From positions 608,001-672,000 of the forward strand of contig CAWBOS010000006.1 in the NCBI GenBank assembly GCA_963790475.1: 64,000 nt of DNA, written 5' to 3'. The notes below the pieces were generated by a model. The model was not told the origin of the DNA, did not search any database, and saw nothing but the letters and a program-made list of their open reading frames with translations. Shown piece by piece: positions 1 through 9,341 of this stretch. This DNA is from an uncultured delta proteobacterium. GTDB lineage: Bacteria > Desulfobacterota > RBG-13-43-22. Made by a program: the position numbers and the translations under genes. The stretch's first letter is position 1; each line of letters begins with the position of its first letter.

Positions 1-460
1 TTTTTCTTCCGGGGAGAACCGGGATAAGGATCGGCCTTTGGAAGCGGACAGGGTTTGAAGGATTCCTTTTTCATTTTTTGGCAAGTGGTCTTCTTGAAGG
101 GCCGTCATTCCCTTAGCGGTAATTTCAATATTCTGATAATCGGATACCGACAAACCCGGGGGTAAGGCCGCCTTTAATACCTGCCCCAGGGAAAAAAGAT
201 AGTAGTGGGCGATCCAGGTAAAAAAAGGCCGCATGGTCTCCGAAAAAAGGGGTTCCGGATCCAGGATCTGAGACACGGATTTGATGACCTGACCCTTCTT
301 CCGGGTTTTGGACTTCCTCCCAGAGATAGCCGGTAACTCTCTTTTTTTTCAAGGGCACCAGAACCCGTTGGCCGATCCGGGGTTCTACGGAAAAATCAGC
401 GGGAACCTCATAGAGAAGGGGCTGATTTAATGGCGGGACGATGGCTTTAAAGAAGGGCAT
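1..460 (-). pseudogene. priA: Primosomal protein N' (PriA), 5' part, frameshifted near 290-320; runs off the window
   Basis: The ORF from 460 gives L.YEVP..PRIGQRVLVPL..RVTGY (PriA 3'-DNA-binding domain). A shifted frame continues KSVSQILDPEPLFS..FTWIAHYYLFSLGQVLKAALPPG, open to base 1. Confidence 0.85.
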
Positions 461-830
461 AGTTATATTTTGTATTAAGTGGAATTTTTAGCGGTTTAGT
501 TAATTACAGGAATGACGGTGCGTTTCTTTTCCGTTTATGGACCGGCCTTAAGAAGGCTAATATTAATAAAAGGATAATAACCATAACAACCAGGGTAAGT
601 CAATCTCAGAAGTGATATCCCCACGCAGGCCTCAACCATCGGTTAAATTCTACCCTTTTTATTTCTTGACTATCGAAGAGCCTAAAGGATGGCAGGAAAA
701 TAATTTGTGAAGATAATATTTATCATTTATAATAGGTTACAAAGAATCTAAGGGGGTGGCAAACCTTAAGCTAATTAAAACAGAAAAGTGAAAAGGGTTG
801 CTTTCCCGAATTGAAGTCTTTGAATTATAG

Positions 831-866
831 GGTTATACAGAAAAACAATAGAATAACTTGTAGGGT
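831..866 (+). other. Possible integron attI-like site, degenerate; no integrase nearby
   Basis: GGTTATACAG..AATAACTT-GTAGGGT lies just before mrr. GTAGGGTG is one mismatch from GTTGGGTG, the complement of CACCCAAC after mrr. Confidence 0.35.
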
Positions 867-881
867 GAAGGAGCAACGGAG

Positions 882-1745
882 ATGAAACAGGCGAAGGGTC
901 CGCAGTTCATACGCTTTTTTGAGCCCATTCTTGAGGTTCTGAGGGAAACAGGAGGCTCAGGAACCGCTGCCGAAGTTATAGACCGAGCCGTCGAAAAGAT
1001 GAAGATATCGGAGAAAGAACAGCAGGCTACCAACAAGAACGGCCAGTCTCGCGTCAAAAACCAAGTGAACTGGGCACGTCTCTACCTCGTCCACGCGGGC
1101 TACCTCGATTCCTCGAAGCGAGGTATTTGGAGCCTCACAGAAAAAGGCATGTCTTTTGACCCCCAAACATTCGACGTATTGGGTACCTTCAAACAAGTAC
1201 AAAGACACTTCAAAGATGAACAGAAGCACACGAGCCAGGCAGATGCTTTTGAAGATGAGGCGGTCGAGCCCGTGGTTGAGCCTCGCGACCATAAAGCAAC
1301 ACTGCTGAACCTCATCAAGCTACTCCCGCCGGCAGGTTTTGAAAGATTAAGCCAAAGATTACTTCGCGAATCCGGATTCCAACGGGTTGTCGTTACGGGC
1401 AGGAGCGGCGATGGTGGAATCGACGGGATGGGCATTCTCCAAGTGAATCCATTCGTCAGCTTCAATGTGCTCTTTCAATGCAAGCGCTATCAGGGCGCGG
1501 TAACGCCATCTCAAGTGCGCGACTTCCGTGGTGTCATGATGGGGCGGGCCGACAAAGGCATCATAATCACGACAGGTACCTTTACCCTCGACGCCAAAAA
1601 AGAGGCAAGACGCGACGGTGTACCCCCAATTGAACTTGTTGACGGCGAGTCACTGGTTCAAATGTTTGAGCGTCTTGAATTGGGGCTGGTTCCTCGCACC
1701 ACGTACGCAGTGGATGAGAAATTTTTTGAAGACTTCAAGAAATGA
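882..1745 (+). CDS. mrr: Mrr-family (type IV) restriction endonuclease
   Basis: Mrr_N winged helix (NQVNWARLYL..RGIWSLT) plus Mrr_cat (FERL..SGDGGID..QCKRY..IITTGTFT..IELVDG). Confidence 0.93.
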   Translation: MKQAKGPQFIRFFEPILEVLRETGGSGTAAEVIDRAVEKMKISEKEQQATNKNGQSRVKNQVNWARLYLVHAGYLDSSKRGIWSLTEKGMSFDPQTFDVLGTFKQVQRHFKDEQKHTSQADAFEDEAVEPVVEPRDHKATLLNLIKLLPPAGFERLSQRLLRESGFQRVVVTGRSGDGGIDGMGILQVNPFVSFNVLFQCKRYQGAVTPSQVRDFRGVMMGRADKGIIITTGTFTLDAKKEARRDGVPPIELVDGESLVQMFERLELGLVPRTTYAVDEKFFEDFKK

Positions 1746-1747
1746 CC

Positions 1748-1804
1748 ACCCAACCAATAAGGATTGAGACGATCCTGAAAGGTCGTTTCAATCCATTGTT
1801 CAAG
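1748..1804 (+). other. attC-like recombination site (degenerate)
   Basis: ACCCAAC just after the mrr stop, inverted arms GGATTGAGACGA / TCGTTTCAATCC, then GTT; about 57 bp. Confidence 0.55.
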
Positions 1805-2437
1805 AAGCCCGGAAATTATTTGATGGTCTATATAGGGTAAAGGTTCGAGGTGGGATGAACTGAGGAGTGGTTTCTGCAGTGAGTGTCAGACCAAGAAGAC
1901 CGGAAGAGGACGGGTAAGGTGGTCTAAAAAATTCCGCATCATCATTTTTTCCCCAATCAATTAAAAGGAGCCATTGGTTTTTAAGACTGAGGACATAGGA
2001 GTCCGTACCGCTTTAGTTCTATGACATATTGGGTTTAAGAAGAAGGTCTTAGGAAGACCGTTCAAGAACTGTCCAAGGTCAATTGGGGAGTAAGACCGGG
2101 GATGAAGGATACGAGGTATCGGAGGGTTGCGCCGCAGTTGGGACAGATCGGAGGAGTTGGAGAAGGGCTTTGCTGATATTCGGGCATCTTCAAGACGAAG
2201 GAATAGGCCATTTGAATGAGGGTAGATATTCTTTCGAAAGGGACCGAGCAATTGGGGTTCATGAAGCCGTAATAGCGGATTTTCATGAATCCGGTGGGCA
2301 GGACATGCTGAAGGAAACGATGGATGAATTCTATGGCATCAAGGGCCATAGTTCTTAACCGTTGGCAGGGATTTGGTCGGCGAGGCAGGCTTCTTTCATG
2401 GCCTCTTTGAACTTGGCCTGGAAGATTTTGGAGAGGG
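1801..2437 (-). mobile_element. IS91-family (Y2 HUH) transposase remnant, internally deleted, with putative 3' end
   Basis: 2062-2349 gives EFIHRFLQHVLPTGFMKIRYYGF..CPNCG (IS91 C-terminus). 2355-2437 gives ALSKIFQAKFKEAM, an earlier region; the segment between is missing. Confidence 0.85.
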
Positions 2438-2447
2438 CTATTTGGCC

Positions 2448-2476
2448 TTGACTCTCATCCTACCGGAAACTATAAT
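2448..2476 (+). promoter_or_regulatory. Sigma70 promoter of the HEPN/MNT pair
   Basis: TTGACT-N17-TATAAT, ending 9 nt before ATG 2486. Confidence 0.75.
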
Positions 2477-2485
2477 CAAAACACG

Positions 2486-2899
2486 ATGAAGGCCGCAATG
2501 AAATTCGACATACAGAAGACCGTACAATATTGGATAGAAGGGGCGGTGTATGATTTGGAAGTGGCTGAGGCCATGTTTGAAAAAGAGAAATATCCCTACG
2601 CCCTTTTCATGGGACATTTGGCGTTGGAGAAACTGCTCAAAGCCCTTGTAGTCAGAGCAACCGAAAATCATGCACCCCATACCCATTCTCTTCCGGTGCT
2701 CGCCCAAAAAACAGGCCTGAAAATGCCGCAAAAGACCTTGAGAACACTGGCAAGATTCATGGAGTTCCATCTTGAGGCACGGTATCCGAATGATCAGAAG
2801 AAGTTCTATCGAAAATGCACCAAAACTTTCACAACTCGGAATTTGCAGAAAATGAACGAGGTGTTTCTATGGTTGAAAAAGCAATACGGCAAACAATAA
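2486..2899 (+). CDS. HEPN domain protein (toxin-like)
   Basis: W...A..DL..AE......Y..ALF.GHLALEK.LKA..PHTHSL..ARYP. Start may be 2498. Confidence 0.9.
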   Translation: MKAAMKFDIQKTVQYWIEGAVYDLEVAEAMFEKEKYPYALFMGHLALEKLLKALVVRATENHAPHTHSLPVLAQKTGLKMPQKTLRTLARFMEFHLEARYPNDQKKFYRKCTKTFTTRNLQKMNEVFLWLKKQYGKQ

Positions 2900-3192
2900 A
2901 CGCCTTTGTCAAGGAATTGAAAAAGAAAAAAATAAAGGTCGCCAAAGTTATCCTCTTCGGTTCCCGCGCCTCGGGCCGGGCTCACGAATACAGCGATATA
3001 GATGTGGCGGTGGTATCACCCGATTTTGGAAAAGACCGCTACCAAGAAGGAGCGAAACTTTTTGAAATCGCCTGCGCCATTGATCCCCGCATCGAACCTG
3101 TCCCGATTTCGCTATTATCCTATAAGAACGATACCTGGATTCCGATCATATACGAGATCAGAAAAAATGGCATTGAACTGAAAGCAGCATAG
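2869..3192 (+). CDS. Minimal nucleotidyltransferase (MNT) antitoxin
   Basis: ILFGSRASG....SDIDVAVVS motif; overlaps the HEPN 3' end; GAGGTG RBS before ATG 2869. Confidence 0.9.
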   Translation: MVEKAIRQTINAFVKELKKKKIKVAKVILFGSRASGRAHEYSDIDVAVVSPDFGKDRYQEGAKLFEIACAIDPRIEPVPISLLSYKNDTWIPIIYEIRKNGIELKAA

Positions 3193-3214
3193 TCAGCTGA
3201 TCTCTCCGTAATAA

Positions 3215-3274
3215 TTCCAACCAGCGGCCTGACACCATCCAGACTTCGCCCGGCGGGTCAGCCGCACGTTAGGC
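3215..3274 (+). other. Integron attC site
   Basis: 60 bp: TTCCAAC ... GCGGC(C)TGAC / GTCAGCCGC with one unpaired base ... GTTAGGC (GTTRRRY). Confidence 0.8.
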
Positions 3275-3297
3275 AGCCGAAGAGAAATAAGGTCAGT

Positions 3298-3804
3298 ATG
3301 AAGCTCTCGATACAGTCTATCGTGGTCTTCGTCGGTTTCGGCGTAGCAATTGCCGCACTGGCAATCGGGGTAGGACTCTGGTTCTTCCTGAGCCATCGGA
3401 ATACTGTTGCCGTTTCGCCTCAACTCGCAGTGATTGAGTTCTCTGAGTTACGCGCGCGTTTTTCGAACCAGGAACCGCTCATCGAGATGAGCCGCCGCGA
3501 GACATCCGAGATGCCGGCCGTGTCGCACGGCGTGGCGCCACTCCACTCATTTCACACCGTCATTTTCGATACGTGCGGCGGTCATAGGATCGTCCGCATT
3601 ACAGTTCCATATTGGTTCGCGCGTCTCTTCGCTGGTCGCGACCGTCAATTCAGGTTTCTTGGCCAATTGACGTTCCTGGATGACACCGAATTCGATCCAG
3701 AGGCCATCCGTCTCTCGCTTGATCAACTCGAGCGACAAGGACCAGGCGTAGTTGCGTACTTTCAGCATCCTGGCGGCGGTCAATTCATCTCCTGGGTCGA
3801 ATAG
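3298..3804 (+). CDS. Hypothetical membrane-anchored protein in a gene cassette
   Basis: 168-aa ORF with N-terminal hydrophobic helix, GC-richer than host genes; bounded by GTTAGGCAGCCGA and TCGGCTGCCTAAAC. Confidence 0.75.
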   Translation: MKLSIQSIVVFVGFGVAIAALAIGVGLWFFLSHRNTVAVSPQLAVIEFSELRARFSNQEPLIEMSRRETSEMPAVSHGVAPLHSFHTVIFDTCGGHRIVRITVPYWFARLFAGRDRQFRFLGQLTFLDDTEFDPEAIRLSLDQLERQGPGVVAYFQHPGGGQFISWVE

Positions 3805-3823
3805 CGCCGACCTGAAACTACGA

Positions 3824-3860
3824 TCGGCTGCCTAAACAATATGGGTCAGCCGCGCATTCA
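3824..3860 (+). other. Truncated attC remnant
   Basis: Inverse core GCCTAA(A)C joined almost directly to GGGTCAGCCGC, the same right arm as the 3215 site; centre missing. Confidence 0.6.
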
Positions 3861-4175
3861 ACAAGGTCCCCCAAAAATTGCTCCCATCAAGAATTCCAGT
3901 TTGCTTTAAATCAAATCCTTGTCAATTGATTGATTTTTTCCAAGGGAAGGGTGGCGTCGATCACCTCAATCTATTCCGATGGTTCGAATGACTTGGACAA
4001 GAAAAGGTGGGCATCAAGGATAAAAAAGAAGTATGAAAAATCGTTTGGCGATATTTAACTGTCGTGATAAATATATCCAGTGATCGAAGAAGGTCGAGAA
4101 AACTGTTTTGGGCAATAACCTATGGCATTAATGGTCAGGGAAAGATCTATTTCAACAGAGCGCGAGGTGAGAAAA

Positions 4176-5099
4176 ATGAAAAGGATAATACCCGTGTTAG
4201 CAGGGTTGCTTCTTGTAATTTTCTCCTTTGGCCCCTCTTCGGCTCAGGAGGCCACACGCTATTACGAACAGGGGAGAGGTTATTTCAATCAGGGGAAATA
4301 TTATGAGGCCGTCTCCGCCCTGACCAGGGCTATTGACCTTAACCCCAAACAGGCCGAGGCCTATAACTACCGGGGCCTGGCCCGAAAAAGGCTGAATGAT
4401 GATGACGGAGCCATGGCCGATTTCTTACGGGCCATTGAAGTGGACCCCAGATTTTCCAGCCCCTATAACAACCGGGGAACCATCAAAGAAAAACGGGGTG
4501 ATCTGGACGGAGCTATGGCCGATTATAGCAGGGCCATCGACCTGAACCCAAAAAGCAGCATGGCCCATGCCAATCGCGGGTATGTTAGATTCCTGCGCAA
4601 AGATATAGACAGTGCGCTGTCTGATGTTTATCGAGCCATCGAACTGGATCCTAAGAATGATTACGCCTTTTTGGTTCGAGGGATCATCAAAGAAAAAAGG
4701 GGGGACCTGGACAATGCCTTGACCGACTACAACCGTGCCATTGAACTCAATCCCAAAAATACCAGGGCCTTCGTCAGCCGGGGACTTCTCAAGCAAAAAA
4801 GAAAAGACTTCAGAGGGGCTTTGGCTGATATCAATTGGGCCCTCGATGTGGACCCCAAAATGGTGTCCGCTTTTGTCCATCGAGGGACCTTGAAAAAGCA
4901 AAATGGGGATCTGGGCGGCGCCATCGCCGACTTGACCCGGGCTATTGAAATAGACCCCAAATCCAGGATCGCCTTTAGCAACCGGGCTTATATGAAGTTA
5001 TTGCGAGGGAACCTCGATTCAGGCTTAAAAAAGAATCTTGACCTTTACATAGAATGGAATAGACTAAATCCTCATGGAAAATGGAGAGGTTTGGGTTAG
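4176..5099 (+). CDS. Secreted TPR-repeat protein, C-terminus possibly truncated
   Basis: Signal peptide MKRIIPVLAGLLLVIFSFGPSSA; about 8 TPRs (AY.NRG...GD.DGA.AD..RAIEL.P). Confidence 0.9.
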   Translation: MKRIIPVLAGLLLVIFSFGPSSAQEATRYYEQGRGYFNQGKYYEAVSALTRAIDLNPKQAEAYNYRGLARKRLNDDDGAMADFLRAIEVDPRFSSPYNNRGTIKEKRGDLDGAMADYSRAIDLNPKSSMAHANRGYVRFLRKDIDSALSDVYRAIELDPKNDYAFLVRGIIKEKRGDLDNALTDYNRAIELNPKNTRAFVSRGLLKQKRKDFRGALADINWALDVDPKMVSAFVHRGTLKKQNGDLGGAIADLTRAIEIDPKSRIAFSNRAYMKLLRGNLDSGLKKNLDLYIEWNRLNPHGKWRGLG

Positions 5100-5158
5100 A
5101 TCCAAATCATTGTAAGAGGCGGATGGTGCTGTATCCTTATTGGGAAAAGGAATAGCCG

Positions 5159-6556
5159 ATGGATCGAAAAAAGAAGGATGACCTTCAGGAGAAAATCCAG
5201 TTCTACGAGAAGGTTCTGGATAATATCCATAACGGGGTGATGATTACCGACACGAATGGCAAAATCATTTTTTTCAGCAAAACCTACGGGAAATTTCTCG
5301 GCATTGATCCCGGGCAGGTCATTGGAAAGCATTGCCTGGAGGTAGTGGAAAATTCGCGGATGGATATTGTCGCCAAAACGGGAACCGCCGAAATCAACCA
5401 GGCCCATCGAATCATGGATCAGGATATGGTGGTTCAGCGCATACCCATTAAAAAAAACAGGCAGGTCATCGCGGTTTTCGGACAGGTCATGTTTAAGGAT
5501 GTCCGGGACGTCCACACCTTAGCCAGAAAGCTTAATGTTTTGGAATCGAAGGTCGAACTCTATGAAAAAGAACTGGAGAGTTTAAGATCATCAAAATATA
5601 CCATTGACAATATCATTGGAAAAAGTGAAGGGATTTCCGAGGTCAAGAAGGCCGTCCTTAAGGCAGCCATGATCAACGCCCCTGTGCTCCTTATGGGAGA
5701 AAGCGGTACCGGGAAAGAACTCTTTGCCCACGCCATTCATCATGCCAGTGAAAGGCGTCCTTATCCGTTCATTCGTTTGAACTGCGCCTCTATTCCCAAA
5801 GACTTGCTGGAAGCAGAGTTGTTCGGTTATGAAGCGGGAGCTTTTACCGGGGCAGGAAATAAGGGGAAACCCGGCAAATTTGAGCTGGCTCATCTGGGTT
5901 CGATTTTTTTAGATGAAATCAGCGATCTTCCTCTGGACATGCAGCCGAAACTTCTCCGGGTTCTGGAAGAAAAAGAAATGGAAAGGATCGGAGGCAACCG
6001 CCTGACCCGCAGTGATTTTCGTTTGATTGCGGCCACGCATGAAAACCTGGAACAATACGTGGAGCAGGAGAAATTCCGCAAAGACTTATTTTATCGCCTA
6101 AACGTTATTCCTATTCAGATCCCCCCTCTTAGGGAGAGGAAAGAAGATATCCCCTTGATCACCCTTCATCTCATTGAGCTTTTTAATAAGGAGTTGGGCA
6201 CCCATGTGTTGAAAATTACACCGGAGGTCCTGCATATCTTCCAAAGCTACAATTGGCCGGGTAATGTCCGGGAACTCGCCAACATCCTGGAGAGAATCCT
6301 TTATACCATAGACGGAGATACGATAAGGATGGAACACTTACCCATTTTTTTTCAGGGCATGATTGGAAAGGCCTCCAAAACAGGAGGTACCAGGCTTAAG
6401 AAAGTTAAGGACGACCTGGAGAAAGAAATGGTACTCCATGCTATGAAGATGTCGAAATACAACAAGAATAAGGCTGCCAAAATCTTAGGGATCCACCGGA
6501 CCGCCCTGTATAAAAAAATGAAAAAATTTGATATTCCGATTTCAATTTCTACCTAA
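5159..6556 (+). CDS. Sigma54-dependent activator (PAS-AAA+-Fis HTH)
   Basis: GESGTGKE, GAFTGA, FLDEI, WPGNVREL and a C-terminal HTH. Confidence 0.95.
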   Translation: MDRKKKDDLQEKIQFYEKVLDNIHNGVMITDTNGKIIFFSKTYGKFLGIDPGQVIGKHCLEVVENSRMDIVAKTGTAEINQAHRIMDQDMVVQRIPIKKNRQVIAVFGQVMFKDVRDVHTLARKLNVLESKVELYEKELESLRSSKYTIDNIIGKSEGISEVKKAVLKAAMINAPVLLMGESGTGKELFAHAIHHASERRPYPFIRLNCASIPKDLLEAELFGYEAGAFTGAGNKGKPGKFELAHLGSIFLDEISDLPLDMQPKLLRVLEEKEMERIGGNRLTRSDFRLIAATHENLEQYVEQEKFRKDLFYRLNVIPIQIPPLRERKEDIPLITLHLIELFNKELGTHVLKITPEVLHIFQSYNWPGNVRELANILERILYTIDGDTIRMEHLPIFFQGMIGKASKTGGTRLKKVKDDLEKEMVLHAMKMSKYNKNKAAKILGIHRTALYKKMKKFDIPISIST

Positions 6557-6573
6557 GATAAATTTTTTCGACA

Positions 6574-6591
6574 TGTACCAACAAGTAGACA
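6574..6591. promoter_or_regulatory. Possible enhancer site (TGT-N12-ACA) for the adjacent activator
   Basis: TGT ACCAACAAGTAG ACA just downstream of the activator gene. Confidence 0.35.
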
Positions 6592-6593
6592 CT

Positions 6594-6785
6594 TGTGTAT
6601 TTACTCTCTCGGAAGAAGGAATGGAACTCACCGAAGTAGCTCCGGGCATCGACTTGGAAAAGGACATATTGGCTTTGATGGATTTCCGGCCGGTCATTAA
6701 AAAGCCGGCGCGTTTAATGGATGGAAGGATTTTCGCCCAGGGGCCCATGGGATTGAGAGAAGAACTCCTCGCTCTTCATCCCTGA
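6594..6785 (+). pseudogene. C-terminal remnant of an acyl-CoA:acetate/propionate CoA-transferase
   Basis: CVFTLSEEGMELTEVAPGIDLEKDILALMDFRPVI..LMDGRIF..GPMGL; the 5' part is absent. Confidence 0.85.
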
Positions 6786-6810
6786 AGGGTGGAGGTCTTT
6801 CTTTTGATCC

Positions 6811-7515
6811 TCAAGCCTCCTCCTTCTCTTCGCCGGATTCGGAAAAGAATCTTTTAAAGCAATCCGGACAAAGGCCGTGGCTGAATAAAGCATCGGAATG
6901 AATTTCAAGATATTCCTCGAGCTGGTTCCAGTATCCCGTATCATCCCGGATCTTTTTGCACCCGGCACAGATGGGTATCAATCCACTTAGGGTCTTTATC
7001 CTGTCAAGGGCATCCTGAAGTTTTATATTGAGCCTTTTCCTCTCCTCTTCGGTCCTTTTTAACTCGCTTATGTCCTGGAGCGTTTCGATAGCGGCCAAGA
7101 GCTTTTGGTCACGTCCGAAAACAGGGGAGGCATCAAATATGAGATATCTCTCCCTGCCGCCGACTTGAGCGTACCATCCTTCGGCATGCAGGCTATAGGG
7201 CATCAGTACGGAAGAGCCATAGACCCCGTAATGCTCCCGTAATATTTCCTCTTTCCCGTCTATAAGGATGTCGGAGAGGCAGGGGCGCTGATTCTCATAA
7301 AATGCCTTCCAGTGATTGTGAGTCCCCAGCACCTCTTCGGCCTTAAGACCGGTAAGTTCCTCGCAAGCCTTATTCCAGTGGATTATGTTATGGCTCGTGT
7401 CTATGGCAAAGATGGCCACAGCGCATTGCCGGATCATGCTCTCATAGATCTCTATCTGTTCTTCAAACGAGTTCAAAACAGATTTCTCAATGGTCTCTGT
7501 ATCCTGATGCTCCAT
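6811..7515 (-). CDS. PAS sensor with Cys/His-rich C-terminal domain
   Basis: PAS (WNKACEELTG..EVLG), coiled coil, then IPICAGCKKIRDDTGYW..FSHGLCPDC. Confidence 0.85.
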   Translation of the reverse strand: MEHQDTETIEKSVLNSFEEQIEIYESMIRQCAVAIFAIDTSHNIIHWNKACEELTGLKAEEVLGTHNHWKAFYENQRPCLSDILIDGKEEILREHYGVYGSSVLMPYSLHAEGWYAQVGGRERYLIFDASPVFGRDQKLLAAIETLQDISELKRTEEERKRLNIKLQDALDRIKTLSGLIPICAGCKKIRDDTGYWNQLEEYLEIHSDALFSHGLCPDCFKRFFSESGEEKEEA

Positions 7516-7769
7516 GATCTTTTCCTTTGCCTCGTTAGACCTGTTTATAACTTGTGAATCCCCGCCACACTCCCCAGGTTGAGGAGTTCTATATACTCCA
7601 AGTTTTGCTTTTCAATGACCTCGATATGGTCTGGAAGTCTCTAACTTTTTATCATGAATCTTTTGAAAGAGTCAAGAGCGGCCCCCGTTTCTCCATTCAT
7701 ATCTGACTTTCCCTTCGGCTTTTCTCATAGCCCATATCCCTTTAAAAAAAAATCAATTAAAATTTTTCC

Positions 7770-7798
7770 TTGACATAAGTAAAATTCGTCCGTATCAT
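7770..7798 (+). promoter_or_regulatory. Sigma70 promoter, probably giving a leaderless mRNA
   Basis: TTGACA-N17-TATCAT ends 6 nt before ATG 7805; no SD. Confidence 0.65.
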
Positions 7799-7804
7799 AC
7801 GAAT

Positions 7805-9046
7805 ATGGCTGAATTAAAACGGAATATAGAAAAAAAGGCCATTGAATTACTCGGCTTCTTTCCGGTAGTGATCATTTTGGGGGTCCGACAATGTGGGAAA
7901 ACCACTCTGGCCAGAATGTTAAGACCCGAATGGGAGTATTTTGATTTAGAACGCCATAGAGACTTTGATTTTTTGACCCGTGACTTTGATTTTTTTATCA
8001 AAGAGCACTCGCATTCTATTGTAATCGATGAGGCCCAAAGATTCCCGGCGCTGTTTCAGGAACTTCGCGGTGTCATTGACAGGGACAGGCGGAGGAAAAA
8101 CCGTTTTTTACTAACCGGTTCCAGTTCTCTTGAATTGATAAAAAATGTCTCGGAAAGTCTGGCTGGGCGTGTGGGACTGATCGAACTTGGGACCTTCAAG
8201 GCCAATGAAACCTTTGCCGTAGATTTGTCGGAATTTTATCAAATATTCAATGAAAAGCTGAGTAAAACCACTATTGATTATTTAAAAGGCCTGAAATCTA
8301 AACTATCTCATGATCAAGTGATGGTTACCTTCTTAAAAGGGGGGTATCCTGAACCGATACTGGAAAAAAAAGAAGGATTCCTTGAGGCCTGGATGGAAAA
8401 TTATTTTCAGACCTATGTGCAAAGAGATATCAGAACGCTCTTCCCCAGGCTGGACCTTATAAAATATCAACGTTTTGTTTCCATGCTGGCCTCCCTTAGC
8501 GGAACCATAATCAATCGGTCTCAAGTGGGAAGGTCATTGGATATTTCCGAAAAATCAGTCAGGGATTATTTAGAAATTGCCGAAGGGAGTTATATTTGGA
8601 GAAATGTACCAAGCTATGAATCGAGCCTGAGCAAATCAATCGTCAAGATGCCGAAAGGTCATTTCCGGGATAGTGGTTTATCCCATTTTATTCGACAAAT
8701 TAAAAGCAGGAATCAATTGCTGAATCATCCTAATGTAGGTGCAGGATTTGAAGCCTTGATCACCGAGGAAATTATCAAAGGACTTCAGTCCCTTTCTATC
8801 ACCAACTGGCACTATCATTATTTTCGTACCAGAAACGGAGCCGAAATAGATCTTATTCTTGAAGGGCCTTTCGGAACTCTACCCATTGAAATAAAATTAG
8901 GAAGTCAGATCAAACAGCGTCAGTTGCAGGCCATGAAGAACTTCGTTCAAATCCATAACCTTCCTTTGGGGATTGTGATTAATAATGGTGATAAAGTTGA
9001 ATTAATCGCCGATAAAATCATTCAATTGCCAGCAGGCTGTGTCTAA
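7805..9046 (+). CDS. AAA_14 ATPase with DUF4143 domain
   Basis: GVRQCGKT, IDEAQ, LTGSS, ESLAGR, GGYP, RTRNGAEIDL..IEIK. Confidence 0.9.
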   Translation: MAELKRNIEKKAIELLGFFPVVIILGVRQCGKTTLARMLRPEWEYFDLERHRDFDFLTRDFDFFIKEHSHSIVIDEAQRFPALFQELRGVIDRDRRRKNRFLLTGSSSLELIKNVSESLAGRVGLIELGTFKANETFAVDLSEFYQIFNEKLSKTTIDYLKGLKSKLSHDQVMVTFLKGGYPEPILEKKEGFLEAWMENYFQTYVQRDIRTLFPRLDLIKYQRFVSMLASLSGTIINRSQVGRSLDISEKSVRDYLEIAEGSYIWRNVPSYESSLSKSIVKMPKGHFRDSGLSHFIRQIKSRNQLLNHPNVGAGFEALITEEIIKGLQSLSITNWHYHYFRTRNGAEIDLILEGPFGTLPIEIKLGSQIKQRQLQAMKNFVQIHNLPLGIVINNGDKVELIADKIIQLPAGCV

Positions 9047-9271
9047 GCTGGGGAAGGCAAGAATGCCCGGACCTCCGGGACACCTTTACCTGAAAAGAAA
9101 AGTCACATCAAAATTTAAAGCTTTAACTTTATCCCCAAAGGCATCACCCCCACTTTCCTAAAAATCACTATCATCGGCCAAATCATACTTTTGGGGTCTG
9201 GTCCCTCTGCTTCATCCCTCAAAAACTTATATTGCCTGTTGAATGTCATTTATTAAAATCCATTATTAATC

Positions 9272-9320
9272 TTGACAACCTCTTCCATCGCGTCTTACAA
9301 TACTATTAGAAAAGTAAGAC
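9272..9320 (+). promoter_or_regulatory. TA promoter with operator palindrome
   Basis: TTGACA-N18-TACAAT overlapped by GTCTTAC-N15-GTAAGAC. Confidence 0.65.
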
Positions 9321-9341
9321 ATTATATTGTGAGGAAATTTT

